In this document: positions 21,235 to 34,951 of the stretch, piece after piece
How the letters are laid out: the number at the start of each line of letters is the position of its first letter
How positions within the stretch are numbered: the first letter of the stretch is position 1
Origin: Entomortierella parvispora E1425
Lineage: Eukaryota > Fungi > Mortierellomycota
DNA length: 64,000 nt
NCBI GenBank assembly: GCA_020891255.1
Contig: BQFW01000004.1
Coordinates: 2,046,001 to 2,110,000, forward strand
Reading direction: 5' to 3'
Notes under the pieces: model-generated
Database searches by the model: none
What the model was told of the DNA's origin: nothing
The model's input: the letters and a program-made list of their open reading frames with translations, nothing else
Position numbers and translations under genes: made by a program

Positions 21235-23506
21235 ATGGCTTCACTCGCCTCAAGGACCGGATTCATTTCAGGGTCATTTCTCAGCCCCCGGAATGCTTGG
21301 CGCCTCCCTTCCCGAATGTGCCCCTTTGTTTCAGGAATTCACCAGGGACGTCGGTTTTTGCAGACGGCGCGTCCAAAGGAGTTGAGATATACCGATACAC
21401 ATCTCGACACCATCTTTGCTCTTTCAACACACCCAGGGAAGGCAGGAATCGCAGTCGTCCGTGTCTCTGGTCCACAGGCCAAGACAGTCCTCCGAACTAT
21501 GACACCGGCTTCTTCACCTATCCCAAAGGCCAGGCTGGCGGTCACTCGGCGGCTACAATGTCCACAAACAAGTGATCTCTTGGACAAGGGCATGGTGCTC
21601 TGGTTCCCTGGTAGGAGGAATGCCCTTGAGCCCTGATCAGGATCGATGAACAACGTTATTGGCGGGATTTTGCCCTTCTGACTAATTGGGCTATGACAAA
21701 AACATATTAGGACCGAGGAGTTTTACAGGAGAGGACAGCGTTGAATTTCATTGCCATGGAGGAAAGGCGGTTGTCGACAGCATACTCCGAGGAATTGGCA
21801 ATGTTGGACCTCACGTTCGTCTGGCGGAGCCTGGTGAATTTGCCAGAAGGTAAACGAGAGACGCCACTATGATATTTGACTCTATCCTGTTCTAATTTTT
21901 TATTCTTGTTCCTGCAGAGCGTTTGAAAATAACAAACTGGATCTCACAGAAGTGGAGGGTCTCGCTGATCTTTTGAACGCTGAAACGGAGGCACAGAGAA
22001 GACTCGCCTTGAGGCAGGCAGATGTAAGAACGAAAACGCCTTCAAGCTTAGCAGGATATGAGAATTGCCCTGTCGCGAAAATGTCGACTCATTTATATTC
22101 GACAAATCTTGCCAATTAGGGAGGACTCAGGAATCTCTACGACAGCTGGAGGACACAGCTCATCAAAAGTATGGCCCTGATTGAGGCCTTGATCGACTTT
22201 GGTGAAGATGAAAATATCGAGGACGATGTCTACGACAATGGTAAGCTCGGATTCGGAGGAAGGTAACTTGGGAGGAAGTCATGTCATCATCAGGAGACTA
22301 AACGAATCTCCTTTCGGTTGCAGTTCTAGAAAAAGTGAAGTTGCTACATGGTGAAATCAAGCGACACACAGAGGACGATCGTTGTGGCGAGATTCTTCGA
22401 GACGGCATCCATGTCACCATTCTTGGTCCGCCCAATGCAGGAAAGAGCAGCTTTCTTAACTATATCAGTAAGGAGCGATACTTGTTTCCTAAAATACCAG
22501 GATGACTAATCTTGGACCCGAGAAAACACGGTCTAACAAACACTTGCTTTTCTTAGCCAAAAGACAAGCAGCTATTGTCTCGCCGATACCTGGAACAACA
22601 AGGGATGTAGTAGAGGTGTCGCTTGATATTGGTGGATACCCTATCTTGATTGGCGATACAGCCGGCCTGCGATCCTCCAAGGATGAAATTGAAATGGAAG
22701 GAGTGCGACGCGCGCAAGATCGTATCGGAACAGCGGACATCAATATTGCCATTCTTCCTGTGAACGATTTTAGTGGCGAGGGTCGAGTGGACCCTATAGT
22801 TTTGGACGCCATTAGACGGAATCCAAAGACGATGGTTCTGGTGAACAAAATGGATCTGCTGGGAAAGGATGCTGACGAGATCAAGAGACAGATTGGGTCT
22901 CTACTTTGGCCTGAACAAGATCATATAGAGTCTGATCAAGCTGATAAAAAGAGCAAAGAGGCGAATCGTCCCCCGGATACGCGGCATAGACTCTGGGCCA
23001 TCTCCTGCCAAACAGGAGTAGGGATCGGCGACTTTCTGGAGGACTTTATCGCCATCCTCAGGGACAGGTAAACAGGAAGAGGCTAAAAAGAAAAAAGGGA
23101 TTTCTTCGAAAGGGCAGAAAGAATCCATGGACTATCCACCCCGCACGCATGTAGCCATCTGACCCTGGGTTTCTGGTCTTCTTTAGATTCGAGTCAAGTC
23201 TCACAAGTAGTACCTCGATTACTCAATATCGACACCGCAAGCATCTCGAAAACTGTCTTCAGTCTCTAGAAGCATTCCTTTGTAAGTCCACGATTCTTCA
23301 GTTCTCTAGGACTGGATAGGAAAACTTGGGGTTGCTAACACCTCATGTTGTGCTTTGTTGTTGTGATAGCGCTGGGAGTTGACGACGTCGTCTTGGGAGC
23401 GGAAGAATTGAGGCACGCAGCGTCAGATCTGGGTCGTATCACTGGCAGGGTAGATGTAGAAGAGGTGCTGGATGTTGTTTTTCGTGAGTTCTGCATTGGC
23501 AAATAA
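21235..23506 (+). CDS. MSS1: Mitochondrial tRNA modification GTPase MnmE/TrmE (GTPBP3), multi-exon
   Basis: [79 protein letters not shown] and C-terminal FREFCIGK*. Confidence 0.96.
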
Positions 23507-24272
23507 AGAAGAACGAAAAAGTAGACAATCGTCGTGGGACAATATAGGTAGTTACACAGAAACAGGATCAAGAATGACAACAGCCCTGGCCAACTGAACT
23601 GCCCTTGTAGTGAAATTGTTGGCCACAAACAGAAAGACGGTCCCGAGAGAGGTATTCCATAGTGGTCTGTTCGTTGGATGTTCCGTTTGGAGTGAGAGAG
23701 AGAGAGAGGGATGATCGAGGGTAGTAATGCATGCGAGGAGAAAAAAAAGCGACCCCCTTCTGATTGGAATGATCCGTTTGTTCTCGCCGTTCCTCTTCTA
23801 CAACGGCATATGATTGCACGGTGTGGAAGGTAGCTTCCTTTGATCTTCGCAGGCAACTATTTTTTGCCATTGTAACCACTGTCCGCGCATCCTTTTGATC
23901 TTTCTTCTCTACCGTCCGACATTCGTCCATCCGTGGACTTGTTCTTTTTTGTTCGCATACTTGTCTCTGTTTTTTTCCCTTCTTTCTTTTTCTTTCTCCC
24001 CTTTGTATCTTCTCGTTTCTTCCTAACAAGAATTATACCCAACCACTGAACAACGGTTCTATACCCTTCCTCGCTCAACGCATCATTCCACATACTTGCT
24101 GCCCCAGCTTTTTACTTGATAATCTAATATCGCATACCCTTCTTCTCACCTGCATCTCAATTTTGACGCGTGATCCTCGCTCCATTCCATTTCGTTCCAG
24201 TTTTAACACGGTGCCCTCACCCTCTTTGACGAAAAAGCTTCCTACTCATCCAACACCCATATCATTAAAAGC

Positions 24273-27200
24273 ATGCCAGGGAGTCAGCCCATCCATAGCC
24301 CCGCTCACGACGACTCCAACTCCTCGTCCACCCATATCCGCAGTGGCGAAAGGACTGCAATAGCAGCCCTTGGGAGGACTCATAGTGGTCAGCGGATGTG
24401 GTCAGATCCTGTCCCCTCTGATACTAAAAGGACGCAACTGGCTATGCAACTTCTACGCAGTCCTGCAGCGGCCGCCGCTGCGGCTTCCAACAGTGCGAGA
24501 AACATATCTAGCAGAGAAGAGATCACACCTTTGCCTCCCTCGGTCGTCCGAGCAGTGGGAGTTGGGGCGATGCCGAGGTCGGTGGCATCGGCGTGTCGCG
24601 ATCGAGACGATATGCCACTGCGGCCCCTCCCCTCGACTTTGATGGCTCATTACCGAAATCAAGGCGCGAACGTGGTCCGGACAAGAGACAACCTGATTAG
24701 TAGCATTCACGACTTGGATCTGTACGAGGATGACCAGCACGCGTACGACGCCTATGTGTCACCGAACATGATGGTCCACTCGACTCCAAGGGCGATGCGA
24801 CAGGCGCCCAGGTTGTTGACGCTGGATGATTACAACTTGATCTCTCTTGGGTACAAACCGGTAAGTGAAAATAAGCAAAGCCTCTTGCTAAGGAGCATTC
24901 GTTTCACAATCAAAGGCAGTGAAGTTTGATAACGACCTCATATCCAATGCTAACAATGGTGAAAAAAAAAAAAAAAAAAAAATAGGTCATGCCAAGGAAG
25001 CTGCCTTGGGTGAGTCTGACGGGAATGGCCGCAGCGGCATCCAACGTATTCACGGGTGTGATAGCTCTCTACGGTTTAGCCTTGACCAATGGAGGCCCAG
25101 CTTGGACAACCTGGAGTTTTTTGATCGTGGGTGTGTTCTCGGTGTTGGTTTCGTTGTGCATCTCTGAACTCGCATCTGCCTATCCGACCACAGCTGGAGT
25201 ACATCATTGGGTGTACCAATTGGGCTCGGCCAGAAGACGCGCGTACTTGTCATGGATGGTCGGCTGGTTCAGCATCGTCAGCTCTGTAAGCAGCTCAACG
25301 CCCACTGGTTCATTGCAACGGTGAACACAGCATATGATTTTCTTACTGAAAAAGAGGATTTTTTTGTTTTCTGTTTTATGTGGTTGCTCTTTCCAGGTTT
25401 CCATCACGGCCTCCGTCGCGTTCTTCTTTTCCTCGATCCTAGGTCAATTGCTCCAAACGATTCACAAGTCATTACTGACGTCAACGACATTGGTCATGTT
25501 CCATCTAGGAGCATTGTTGTCATGGCAGCTGTTCAACCTCTTGCCTATACGAGCCTTCGGCTCTCTTTCCACCCTCTCTGGAATCTTTGCTGCAGGTTTG
25601 TTGGTAGCGCTGGTGAGCGTGATGCTCTCGATGGTGGGCATTGACCCAGCGACCACGAGCCAGGTCCCGTTCGCGACGTTTTTGAACTATTCCGGTAGTC
25701 CGAGCGCATCCTACGCGGCCATCAGTAGCATGTTGATGGCCTCTTTCGTCTTCTGCCCTCAGGATACGGTCATTCGCATGGTAAGAAGCACCACAGGTCT
25801 TACGGGGGGTCACAAATCAAATAGATATATGATTTTTAACTCGGCTTTCTTTCTAGTCCGAGGAAAGCCGGCGTCCAGAGAGGACAATGCCACGATTGCT
25901 GATTGGCACCTCGATCTCAAACATCTTGTTTGGTTTCCCACTTCTCATTGCGCTGAACTATGGTATTATTAAGCCGATGAAGGGTCTTTTGGATGAAGAC
26001 GTGCCTGCTGTGCGTGTCATAATAGTAAGTTATTTGCCAATCTAAGAAAGATTGCACTGTTACATCTTCAGTCGCCTCCATATTCTAACTCGATAATTTA
26101 TTGCTTACAACTTTGTAGGAGACATTGTCCCCTTACACAGGAACGGTCTTAATGGCTTTGGTGTTGGTTGCTATTTGTATGACAGGTATCAACCGTTTGG
26201 CAATGACCACAAGGACCGCTTACGCTTTCGCGAGAGATGGCGGGGTTGCTCATTCCTCCTACTGGAATCATCTCCACCCGCGAAGGAAGACGCCCCAACG
26301 CGTCTCATGGCTCGTGACGGCCGCATGCATGTGTTGCATTTTTCCATTCTTCTGGGGCAACGCGATTGCGTTTGAATGGATAGCAAGTCTGGGTTGCATC
26401 TGTGCAAATATCTGCTTTGGTATGTCGTATGATCATCCACAGAATCACTCAATCGCTTCTGTTGTGTCTCCTCCCTGTACTATCAACTAAACTCTCCCAA
26501 CAACTTTTCCTGGACTATAGCCATTCCTCTATTCATGAGATTGACGGTCGAGGGTCAGCTTCACTTTATCGAAGGCAACTTTACTCTTGGCCCTTTTTCC
26601 AAGATCCTTCACGTCATATCCATCAGCTGGCTCTTTCTCCTCTCTTTTGCTCTGATGTTGCCCTCGACAATGCCTCTGACAAAGAGTAATTTCAATTACG
26701 CGCCCGTCATGCTCCTGTTCTTGTTCCTCCTCTTTGCCATGTCCTGGGTCAAGGCCAGGACCGATTTCACTGGCGGTGCCAAGGATATCAGTCGAGCTTC
26801 CCATCAAATGTCCCCTCGTTCACCCATTCAGGATATTTACCCCCGAAAAACTGGGCTTTCCGCCCATGCACCGCTGTCGACGTCTCTCGCGGGCTCTGCC
26901 ACAGCCCCTGCTGCCGTTAGAGGTCCTGGTCGGGTCCCTGATATCACACCAGCACTGGGAGCATTCCGTCAGTCGCCATCTCCAGCAACCATGAGGAGGT
27001 TTAAAGATTCCAGTCCATCGTCTGTGACGGGCAGGATCACGAAGGGAGCGGCCCTCAATCGCGTTGCTCCTGAACCTGCTTCACACAGAGGCCCAGTCTC
27101 GCTGAACCCCCCAAGACGCGACTTTGCGCCGAAAAAGAATCTACCGCGACAACAGCGCCCTAAACATGGCCTCCACAACATGAATCCACAAGAAACCTCA

Positions 27201-29105
27201 ACAGCATCTTCTTCAACAGCTCGACCTATCCAGTACCAACAGCCACATCCGCAACACGGACAAGATCGATCGAATATTACCGTGACTACTATTGGCTCCA
27301 ATCAAAGTCATCCGTCGTCCATCCTTGGTCTCCCTTTTTCAGATTCACCTGAAATGTTGCCGAAAGAACTTGTAATTGTAAGACCAGCGTTGCCTTCATC
27401 TCCGCCTCCCTCTCACAAACCTCTCCAGACTGCCCCATCCGAGACCCCTCGTTCAAGCGAAGAAAAAGTCCCGGCCAGCTCTGGATTGCTCCTGACGAAA
27501 CCTTTGACCATGAAACGGGGTCAGGACACAAATGTAGCCATGCCTGAAATCTCTGTGGCCCCGCCCACCACTTCGAGCTCACTCAGCCAAGAAGAAAAGA
27601 ACAAGCAAAAGCTGTCCCCTCTCAAGACGGACCTCCACCGTAACAACAATGAGGTGACCCCGGTGATCACATTCCAACACTCGGCCAGTAATGGCGTTGT
27701 TGCTCTTGCTCAAACATCCTCTCCTGAGACTCCATATCCCAAGCAATCGGCGGAAAACATCTTTCGTCAGGGTCTTGGCGTGCAGGCAAAAAGTCAGCAA
27801 GAGGATGAGATGAAAGCTCGTCGCAGTCGTGAGCGACCCCCGACACCCTATCCAAACAGTCTCGTTTCGAAGGAAGGGTCTGGTCTTTCAGAGGACGCGA
27901 AATCCATGTTGGATACGGATCATGTCGTCTCCTCGACAGGAATTTCATCTCCACCTTTAGATCTTTACAACTATCAGCTCCACATGCAAGATCCAATGAA
28001 CCAACAATCCATCTCGCAGTTCCCCACGTTGGATGGGTATCCGTTGATCAAGTCCCCTTCGACCATCTTAATTAGCGGCGGCGATATATCTCCCGGAGGA
28101 TCCGAGGGCGGCGTAGGCAAAGAGGCAGCTCCAGCAACGGGAGGAAAACAAGAGCCTCCGGAAGGTGGGCTTGCCTTGCCGGCGATGCTGCCCTTGAGTC
28201 GTACGCCTACTATTCAAAACAGTGAGAACGAATATGGGGCCTCTTTCCACATGCATTCCGATGACTCCGAAGAGGACGAAGAAGAGGAGGTGGAGGCTCT
28301 CTACAAGACCATTGGCGAGGCGGATGATAGTTATGAACAAGAATACCATCACTCGTACCCTGTCTTTTCGATTCATTTCCCCTCGGCTACTCCCGCATCC
28401 GGCCCAAAGACCACCGGACTTTTTGGTCATCCAAACAAGCCTATCAAAGTAGAAACTTCCATCACCCATCCCCCTCTACCTATTCCTGGGGAAAAAGCGG
28501 CGGCCGGTACTCCAGAAGACAATCTTACAGCCTTGGAAAGGCGAGAGGATCCTATTGAGCGGATATTGTCGTCGGTTCGTGCCACAGATCCAGAGCAGTA
28601 CCAGAAGCAGCAACAACTCCAACGGTCTCAAAGTGTGGCCAGCTGGGCGAGGGAGCAAGCCCGTATCCAAATCAAGAGAAACAAACGACGCGCTAAAACT
28701 GCTAGAACAAAAGTCAGAGAGGCTCGGCAGGCCAGGATTGCAGCTGCGGCGGAAGCGGGTCAGATCCTTGAAGAGGATGAAGACGAATACGAGGATGTTG
28801 AGGACGAGGAGGTAGGAGGGGATGGTATCTCCATGACGAGCTCGGACTTCTCGTCCTTGTCCAAGCTATCTTCGTCCACTCGAAATTCGACTTATTCGGC
28901 TGTCCACACGGCTTCGCGACGGGACAGTGGGCCGGTCCGAGAGACAGCGAAGAGAAGGATGGAAGGGGGACGGATGGAGTACCTGATTCGGGAACAGGAT
29001 GAGGAGCGGGAGGAAGAGAAGGGGTTCTATATGGACACGGACGATGTGTGGAGTCCTTCGTCTTTTGAGCGTGAGAGTCTTGGAGCAGGCGTTGGTCGAT
29101 TGTAA
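24273..29105 (+). CDS. APC-superfamily amino acid/polyamine/choline permease (UGA4/HNM1/TPO5-like) with long N- and C-terminal extensions, multi-exon
   Basis: LISLGYKP|VMPRKL, GGPAWTTWSF, SLCISELASAYPTTAGVHHWVYQL, RTAYAFARDGGV, GNFTLGPFS, NFNYAPVML. The final exon continues to 29105. Confidence 0.88.
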
Positions 29106-29421
29106 AGAGGACATTGTTCCTCCGCCGACACACCATAGCCAACAACATTCAACAGCCCAACCCAGAAATAAAAAACGACGCGTTCAAAAAAAAAAAAAAA
29201 AAAAAAAAATCGTGACTGGCTTCGGTGTGGTGGCAACAGGTCAAACACGACGGACCCTTGTCCTCTTTTGTTTCTGGCACAATCACCTCCTTCCTTCCTC
29301 CTCTCCTTTCCTCTGTTCATCTTTTCATTGTTCCTCGTGCATCCTTGGCAGCCAGCACAAACAGCAATAGCAGCCATCCGTTCCCTTTGCTTGGCATTTG
29401 CAAACGCTTCCATCCATCACA

Positions 29422-32102
29422 ATGGGCATTCAGGGATTGCTCCCCATGCTCAAGTCCATCGAGCGCGATGTGCACCTCAAGGACTATGAAGGAATGACCC
29501 TGGCCATCGATGGATATGCTTGGCTCCACAAAGGCGCGTTTTCTTGTGCTCAGGAGCTTTGCCTGGGACAGCCGACAGACAAGTAGGTCAAACCTTCCGC
29601 GTTGTCCCCTCAAAATGATAAACAATCTGATTCCTTACTAACCCTCTTGTGATTGTCCCTCAGATATGTAAACTATTTCATGAAGAAAATCAACATGTTC
29701 AAGTTCTTCAAGGTGAAGCCCTACGTGGTCTTTGATGGTGGATACCTCCCATCAAAGGGATCGACAGAAGAGGACCGACTCCAGTAAGTCAACACTTGGA
29801 TCATTGTACTTGTTCATAAATGAGATTTAATTGTGTCTAATCACCTGCTTTTTTGTGCACTTATCAGCCGGAGAGAAGAGGGTATGAAGCAGGCACTGAG
29901 TCTTCACAAAGCTGGCAAGAAAAAGGAGGCCCAAAAGCAATTCCAGTCTTGTGTTGATGTTACACCAGAGATGGCCTTTGCGGTCATCAGCGCTCTGGAG
30001 GCTGCCAATGTCGAATACGTGGTGGCTCCATATGAGGCGGATGCTCAGCTAGCATATTTGGAAAAAATTGGAGTCGTGAACGGGATCGTTACTGAAGACT
30101 CGGACTTGCTTGTCTTTGGCTGCAAAAGAGTAAGTTTTTTTTTGTACCCCTGATATATTCTCCAGAGATACCGTGTTTGATGGTCTACTAACCTAGATAT
30201 AAATTGTTCCGCATGGGTTCTTTCAGATCATCTTCAAACTAAACGACTATGCCGAAGGAAAGGAGATCCAATACGCAGATCTAGGTCTAGTGAACGAATT
30301 TCGGAATTGGACATTGGCCGAGATTCGACAAATGTGTATCTTTTCTGGATGTGATTATCTGCCTTCCATCCCAGGCGTTGGAATTCGCACGGCTCACCAG
30401 CTTATGAGGCGTTTCAAATCTGGACTGAAGGCGGTGCGATACTACCGCATGGAGAACCCTGGATCGAAGGTGCCCAAGGATTACGAGGAAGAATTTGTTC
30501 GTGCAGACATGACATTTTTATATCCACGGGTTTATGATCCAACCACAAAATCCATGGTCCATTTGAATGAGGTTCCAGAGGAGCTCCGGGAGCTGGTAGA
30601 AACAGAGACATACGACTTCTTGGGACCGTAAGTTGGCCCTTTCACGAGGTGAATGGTATCTGATGAGCAGAGCGTTGACTTGTCTTTTTGACTGATTATG
30701 GATTAGGGCCCTGGAGCAGGACACATTGATCGGAGTGGCTACAGGACGTCTGGATCCTTTTTCCAAAGAAAAGTTAGGTCATCCAAACCAGCCGCTCGGC
30801 CGACCCCAACAACCAACAATAGTCGTCAAAAGTCCGAAAAAGAATCCCGGAAACCGTCACTTGGTAAATCCTTGGCTTGTGTGTCCGGACTGCTGCTCTT
30901 CCTTTACGAGCATGGCCCATCTAATATGTCTTTTCTCTCAGTACCAGGATCCGCACCCTCGTTTCGGGCAAGACATCACCAACTCAAAGTCCATTCAATC
31001 GTACTTTTCTGCGCCTAAAGTGAATAAGCCTGCAGCACCTGGAACTGAGAAACGGGAAAGACATATTACCACTGAGGACATTGCTCAAAAGAAGCGAATC
31101 GTTGAGGTCAAGAGTACAACAGTGATGAAATCTGAGTACAAATTAACGCAGGAGCTGACTGGCACGTACTCTTCAAGGACAACGAGCACTCACATCAGCA
31201 CCGCAGCTACCGTTGCTGTTGAAGAAAGGAGTCGCTTCTTTGGGTTTGAATCATCCAAGGAATCCACAGATACTCACAAAGTCGACGATCCAAAAAGCGT
31301 ACGGGAAGACAGTGGTATTGGTTTGGACGAGGCTGATTTGCTGTTCCTATGCGAAAATCAACTGGATGAGGACTCAGAAGATGAGACGTCAAAACAATCA
31401 ACCGCTCGGCTTTCAAAGGAGTCGGTATCTTCCAATGTTTCCTCTAGGATGAATTCGCGACCACAAGAGCCTTCCCATGTTGATGTAACAATCAAGGCTC
31501 CGACTTCAAGTATCTTGGGCAAAGAGTGGTTTGAAAAGTTCAAGTCGCGGGAGATCCGAACAGGAGGTCTGCATCGAGGTCACCTGAGCCTGCCACAATC
31601 ATCCAAAGTGCCGCCTAGGCCATTCAAATCGGCGGCAGACGTTGTGGCAAAGCTCAATGGACCCCTGCCTGCCAGCCTGTCGAGACCTGGCGTGTCGCCG
31701 TCTGTCAAAAATGCTGCGTTGCAGTCTACCACAAAGGCTATACCGGCTGCACCGTTGCCCAACGTCGAGTCATTGTCGTGTACACAAGCGCCTGTTGTCA
31801 AGTCTATACTTGTCGGTGAGGCCGCCGTTGACACAGCCGATGCTCCTACACTCTTACCTGTCACAAAGACGCCGTTGCCTTTGGCCCAAGCCAAGCCTAT
31901 TGTACCACCACCGATGACCAAGAGGGTGCCTCTTGCACCTGTCACTAATACGTCGCGTTTCGCGCCATTGCCACGTTCTCAGGCCAAGCCCTGTGGCGGT
32001 CCCTTGAAGGCATCTTCCTCCTGCCACCCTACTCCAACTCCCTCTGCCTCGGTCCTCTCCGCCAGACTGAACTTGGACCGATTCAAGAACACATCTTTGT
32101 AA
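29422..32102 (+). CDS. EXO1: Exonuclease 1 (XPG/Rad2 family), multi-exon
   Basis: MGIQGLLPMLK, AIDGYAWLHKG, VAPYEADAQLAYL, TEDSDLLVFGC, SGCDYLPSIPGVG; long disordered C-terminus. Confidence 0.95.
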
Positions 32103-32321
32103 TGTGATTGACAATAAAGAGGAAATTTGTATATTACAGTTGAAATATGTCCAAAAAAATACGAAGAGACGCGGTGGCTGCAGAGGGCAAACGCACGTTT
32201 TGAATGGATGTGGGCACTGCCCTTTGGAAGCTACCCTTTCGAGGCCACTTTTTTTTTTGTTTTCTTTTTCTTTTTTCTTTCCTCGAGCTCTCTCACCTCT
32301 CTTCTCACAATTCTTTCCATA

Positions 32322-32549
32322 ATGTTGCAGCAGCAGCAACAACAAGGCATTCTTGAACGGTGGGCTAAAGACATTGCAAGGGCTTCCCGACCTTGGCCCG
32401 AGATGGAGCAGTTCCTGTTCATTCATGAATCGTCGCTAGAGCCCTTTGATAGGCACCATCACGGAAACCTGGGTCGAGCCCTCGGTTATTTGAAGGAACT
32501 GAGACCGGATATTGACTTTTGGTATGAGCCTTTTGTCAGGAATTATTGA
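32322..32549 (+). pseudogene. 75-codon ORF homologous to the C-terminal motif of the F-box protein at 5990-8155 (remnant or micro-protein)
   Basis: RPWPEMEQFLF...LKELRPDIDF here vs RPWKYMEQFIF...LKQMRPDIEF in the F-box protein, with near-identical spacing. No F-box or LRR coding sequence fits upstream, since the EXO1 stop is 220 nt away. Confidence 0.6.
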
Positions 32550-32840
32550 AGGAAATCCTGCGCATTCCAAGTCCAAGGCACTTGGACGCTCGCCTTTCAG
32601 AAGAAAAAAAAGAATAAAAGGAAATTGCTCCGAACTCCTCAGTCCTCTGCAATATCTCTTTTCCAAGGAATTAGCTTTTATTGTTCAAAAAAACACCCCC
32701 CTTTGGAGCAATGGTGCGTGGATATGTGTGCGCGCGCCTGTGTGCGCACTAAAAGAGTGGGTCCATACCCTCTTTTTTCTTTTTCTTGTTGTCATTTTCC
32801 ATCGCACTTGCAGCTCGCCCATCTTTCCTCCCATGTTAAA

Positions 32841-34951
32841 TTATCCCAAGGAGACAGGAAGGAAATTTCCGACAATCACTGTTGGAATGTTGTACTTGTC
32901 TCTCCGGATCGTGAACGAGAAACAACAAGAGATCACGTTCTGACTTTCAGGGTCGGGATTCTTCAGTAAACAGGACGTCAACACCGCCTTTTGTCCTGCA
33001 TCGAAAGCAATGTTGCCGTATTTCTAGTAAGACCCACGAGAATACATCTGTTTAGTAAGAGTAAGCAAACACAAAGGTTGTCGTCGGATGTTTTGGAATC
33101 AACCTACCTCCCAATAATTGACCGCTGATTCTTCAGCCATAAGCTCGTATATACACAGGCGACCCTCTCGCAACATCTCCAGTGGGACGTTGACTAGGGA
33201 CGCGAATTCCTTGTTGCCTTTGTAAATCTCTCCTGTACGCCTCCACAAGCAAGCTGGGATACCCATCGAACTGAATACTCGGTCATAATCCTAAAGCAAG
33301 AGCCAAAAATGAGGAATCGTTGTTAGACCATTGACCTAGATATTTCAATAAAAAAAAAGGAACTCTGACGATGACCAAGGCACGAATCCACTTACAAGAA
33401 GCAGGCGTTCAAAGGCCTCCTCCACCAAGACAAGATCGATATCTGTAAGTGACTGAGCCACTGTCCTGAAGGCAGGTCTGAAAGTTCCCATAACGTTCAA
33501 TATCCGCTGTCGGCTGATGTTGGACATACTGGATAGCGGGGGTTCGGGTTAGAAGGTGATATTGACCTTTTCAGCATGTAAAACGTTACCTCGTAATAGC
33601 GACTTACTTGCTATCCATGTATTTCTGAAGTCTTGAGTATCCATTGACGTAGTTGTAGGGCTTTAGGAATCCAGCCTCAAATTTAGCGTTGATCACCTGC
33701 GTCAATCGATCCTCGTTCGTGCCATCGCTTGGATCTGCGGCGGTCAAGAAGAACTTTTCTGTAGTGTTGACAGGAATGCCCGCTTCCGTGAAGATGTTTT
33801 GGTTGTCGCCCAAGCTCTCAAGGAAGTCGCTAATTATGGGATCGAGATTTTCAGACATGTTAGACTATGCTTCCAAAGAATCAAGCGAATCCCACACATT
33901 CCTAGACTGTTTGCAGTTCTACATACCTGATGACCGTGAATTCATTTCCCATGTGCTCACTAGCGAACGTCAACGGCGTAACAGGAAGCGCTGCTAGCTG
34001 ATTGTTGAAACCGTACAACTGCATACCATTAAGGTTGCCTCCATGTAGTTGTTGTTGCTGAAGGCCTTGTGCCAGCTGCTGTTGTTGCTGCGGAGTCAAT
34101 TGCGCATGGGCAGGGAGCTGTTGCTGTGATGTCCTCCGTGCTAATCGATAAATAAAAGTTTGATTTAGATACCTTCAATGCATTGAAAAACAGGTTTGCC
34201 AGGTGAGTAGAAGCTAACCATCTGGTGATCGGGAGATGCCAGAGCTGGGCGCCGGGGTGCCGGCATTGCTCGAGCTGGCGCTGGTTGGCTGTTGTGAGGA
34301 AGATGCTCCAGAGTTGGCCGGCTTTGCTTCATCGTGACACAAATGTCCAATATTTCGCTTGATACAACGCTGACATGGGCGGCCTAGGAAGGAAAGAAGT
34401 GTCAGATCAAGACATGGAAATGTGACCAGCGTTCTCACAGGGACTCGAGAAAGCAAGTACAACCTACCGTCGTCGCAGGTCATATGGGATCGTCGACAGT
34501 ATACACAGGCTATCGACCACATCATTACATCTTGGTTAGAACATGTTCTTCTCGATCAAGAGATCGGCTGAAAAGTCCTCAGGGGCAATGATCTCGATCC
34601 CAGTTAAAAAAGAGCGCTCTAGTCTTCATCCATGATCTCCAAATAACACAAGCATGTTCTTGAAAGTATTCAGCCACTCTTCTGGGGAAGTCGAGTGTCG
34701 ATCCTATGTTCCTCTTTCGTTCCTTGACTGTTTGTTTTGATGGATACAGGGTTTCCTTTACCATGAGTCACTTTGCGCCTCTTGGGTCCAGCCCTCTTTT
34801 TCTTATCGGCAGCAGCCTCGTCATCAATCTGCTGCTGGGTCATGCCTGCCGTGGACGATGAAGAACCGCCCTGCTGTTGGTCCTGTGAGCCAGCAGCACC
34901 GTCGTCTGTCGCCTTGTTGGGATTGCCGTTCGAGTCGGCAGCGTTGTTCAT
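32841..34951 (-). CDS. RDS2: Zn2Cys6 + PAS-like gluconeogenic transcription factor (RDS2/AcuM type), multi-exon
   Basis: GPKRRKVTH|ACVYCRRSHMTCDDG|RPCQRCIKRNIGHLCHD, LKPYNYVNGYSRLQKY, FRPAF, IPACLWRRTGEIYKGNKEFA, NYWE|KYGNIAFDAGQKAVLTSC, CCFSFTIRRDKYNIPTVIVGNFLP. Confidence 0.88.
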
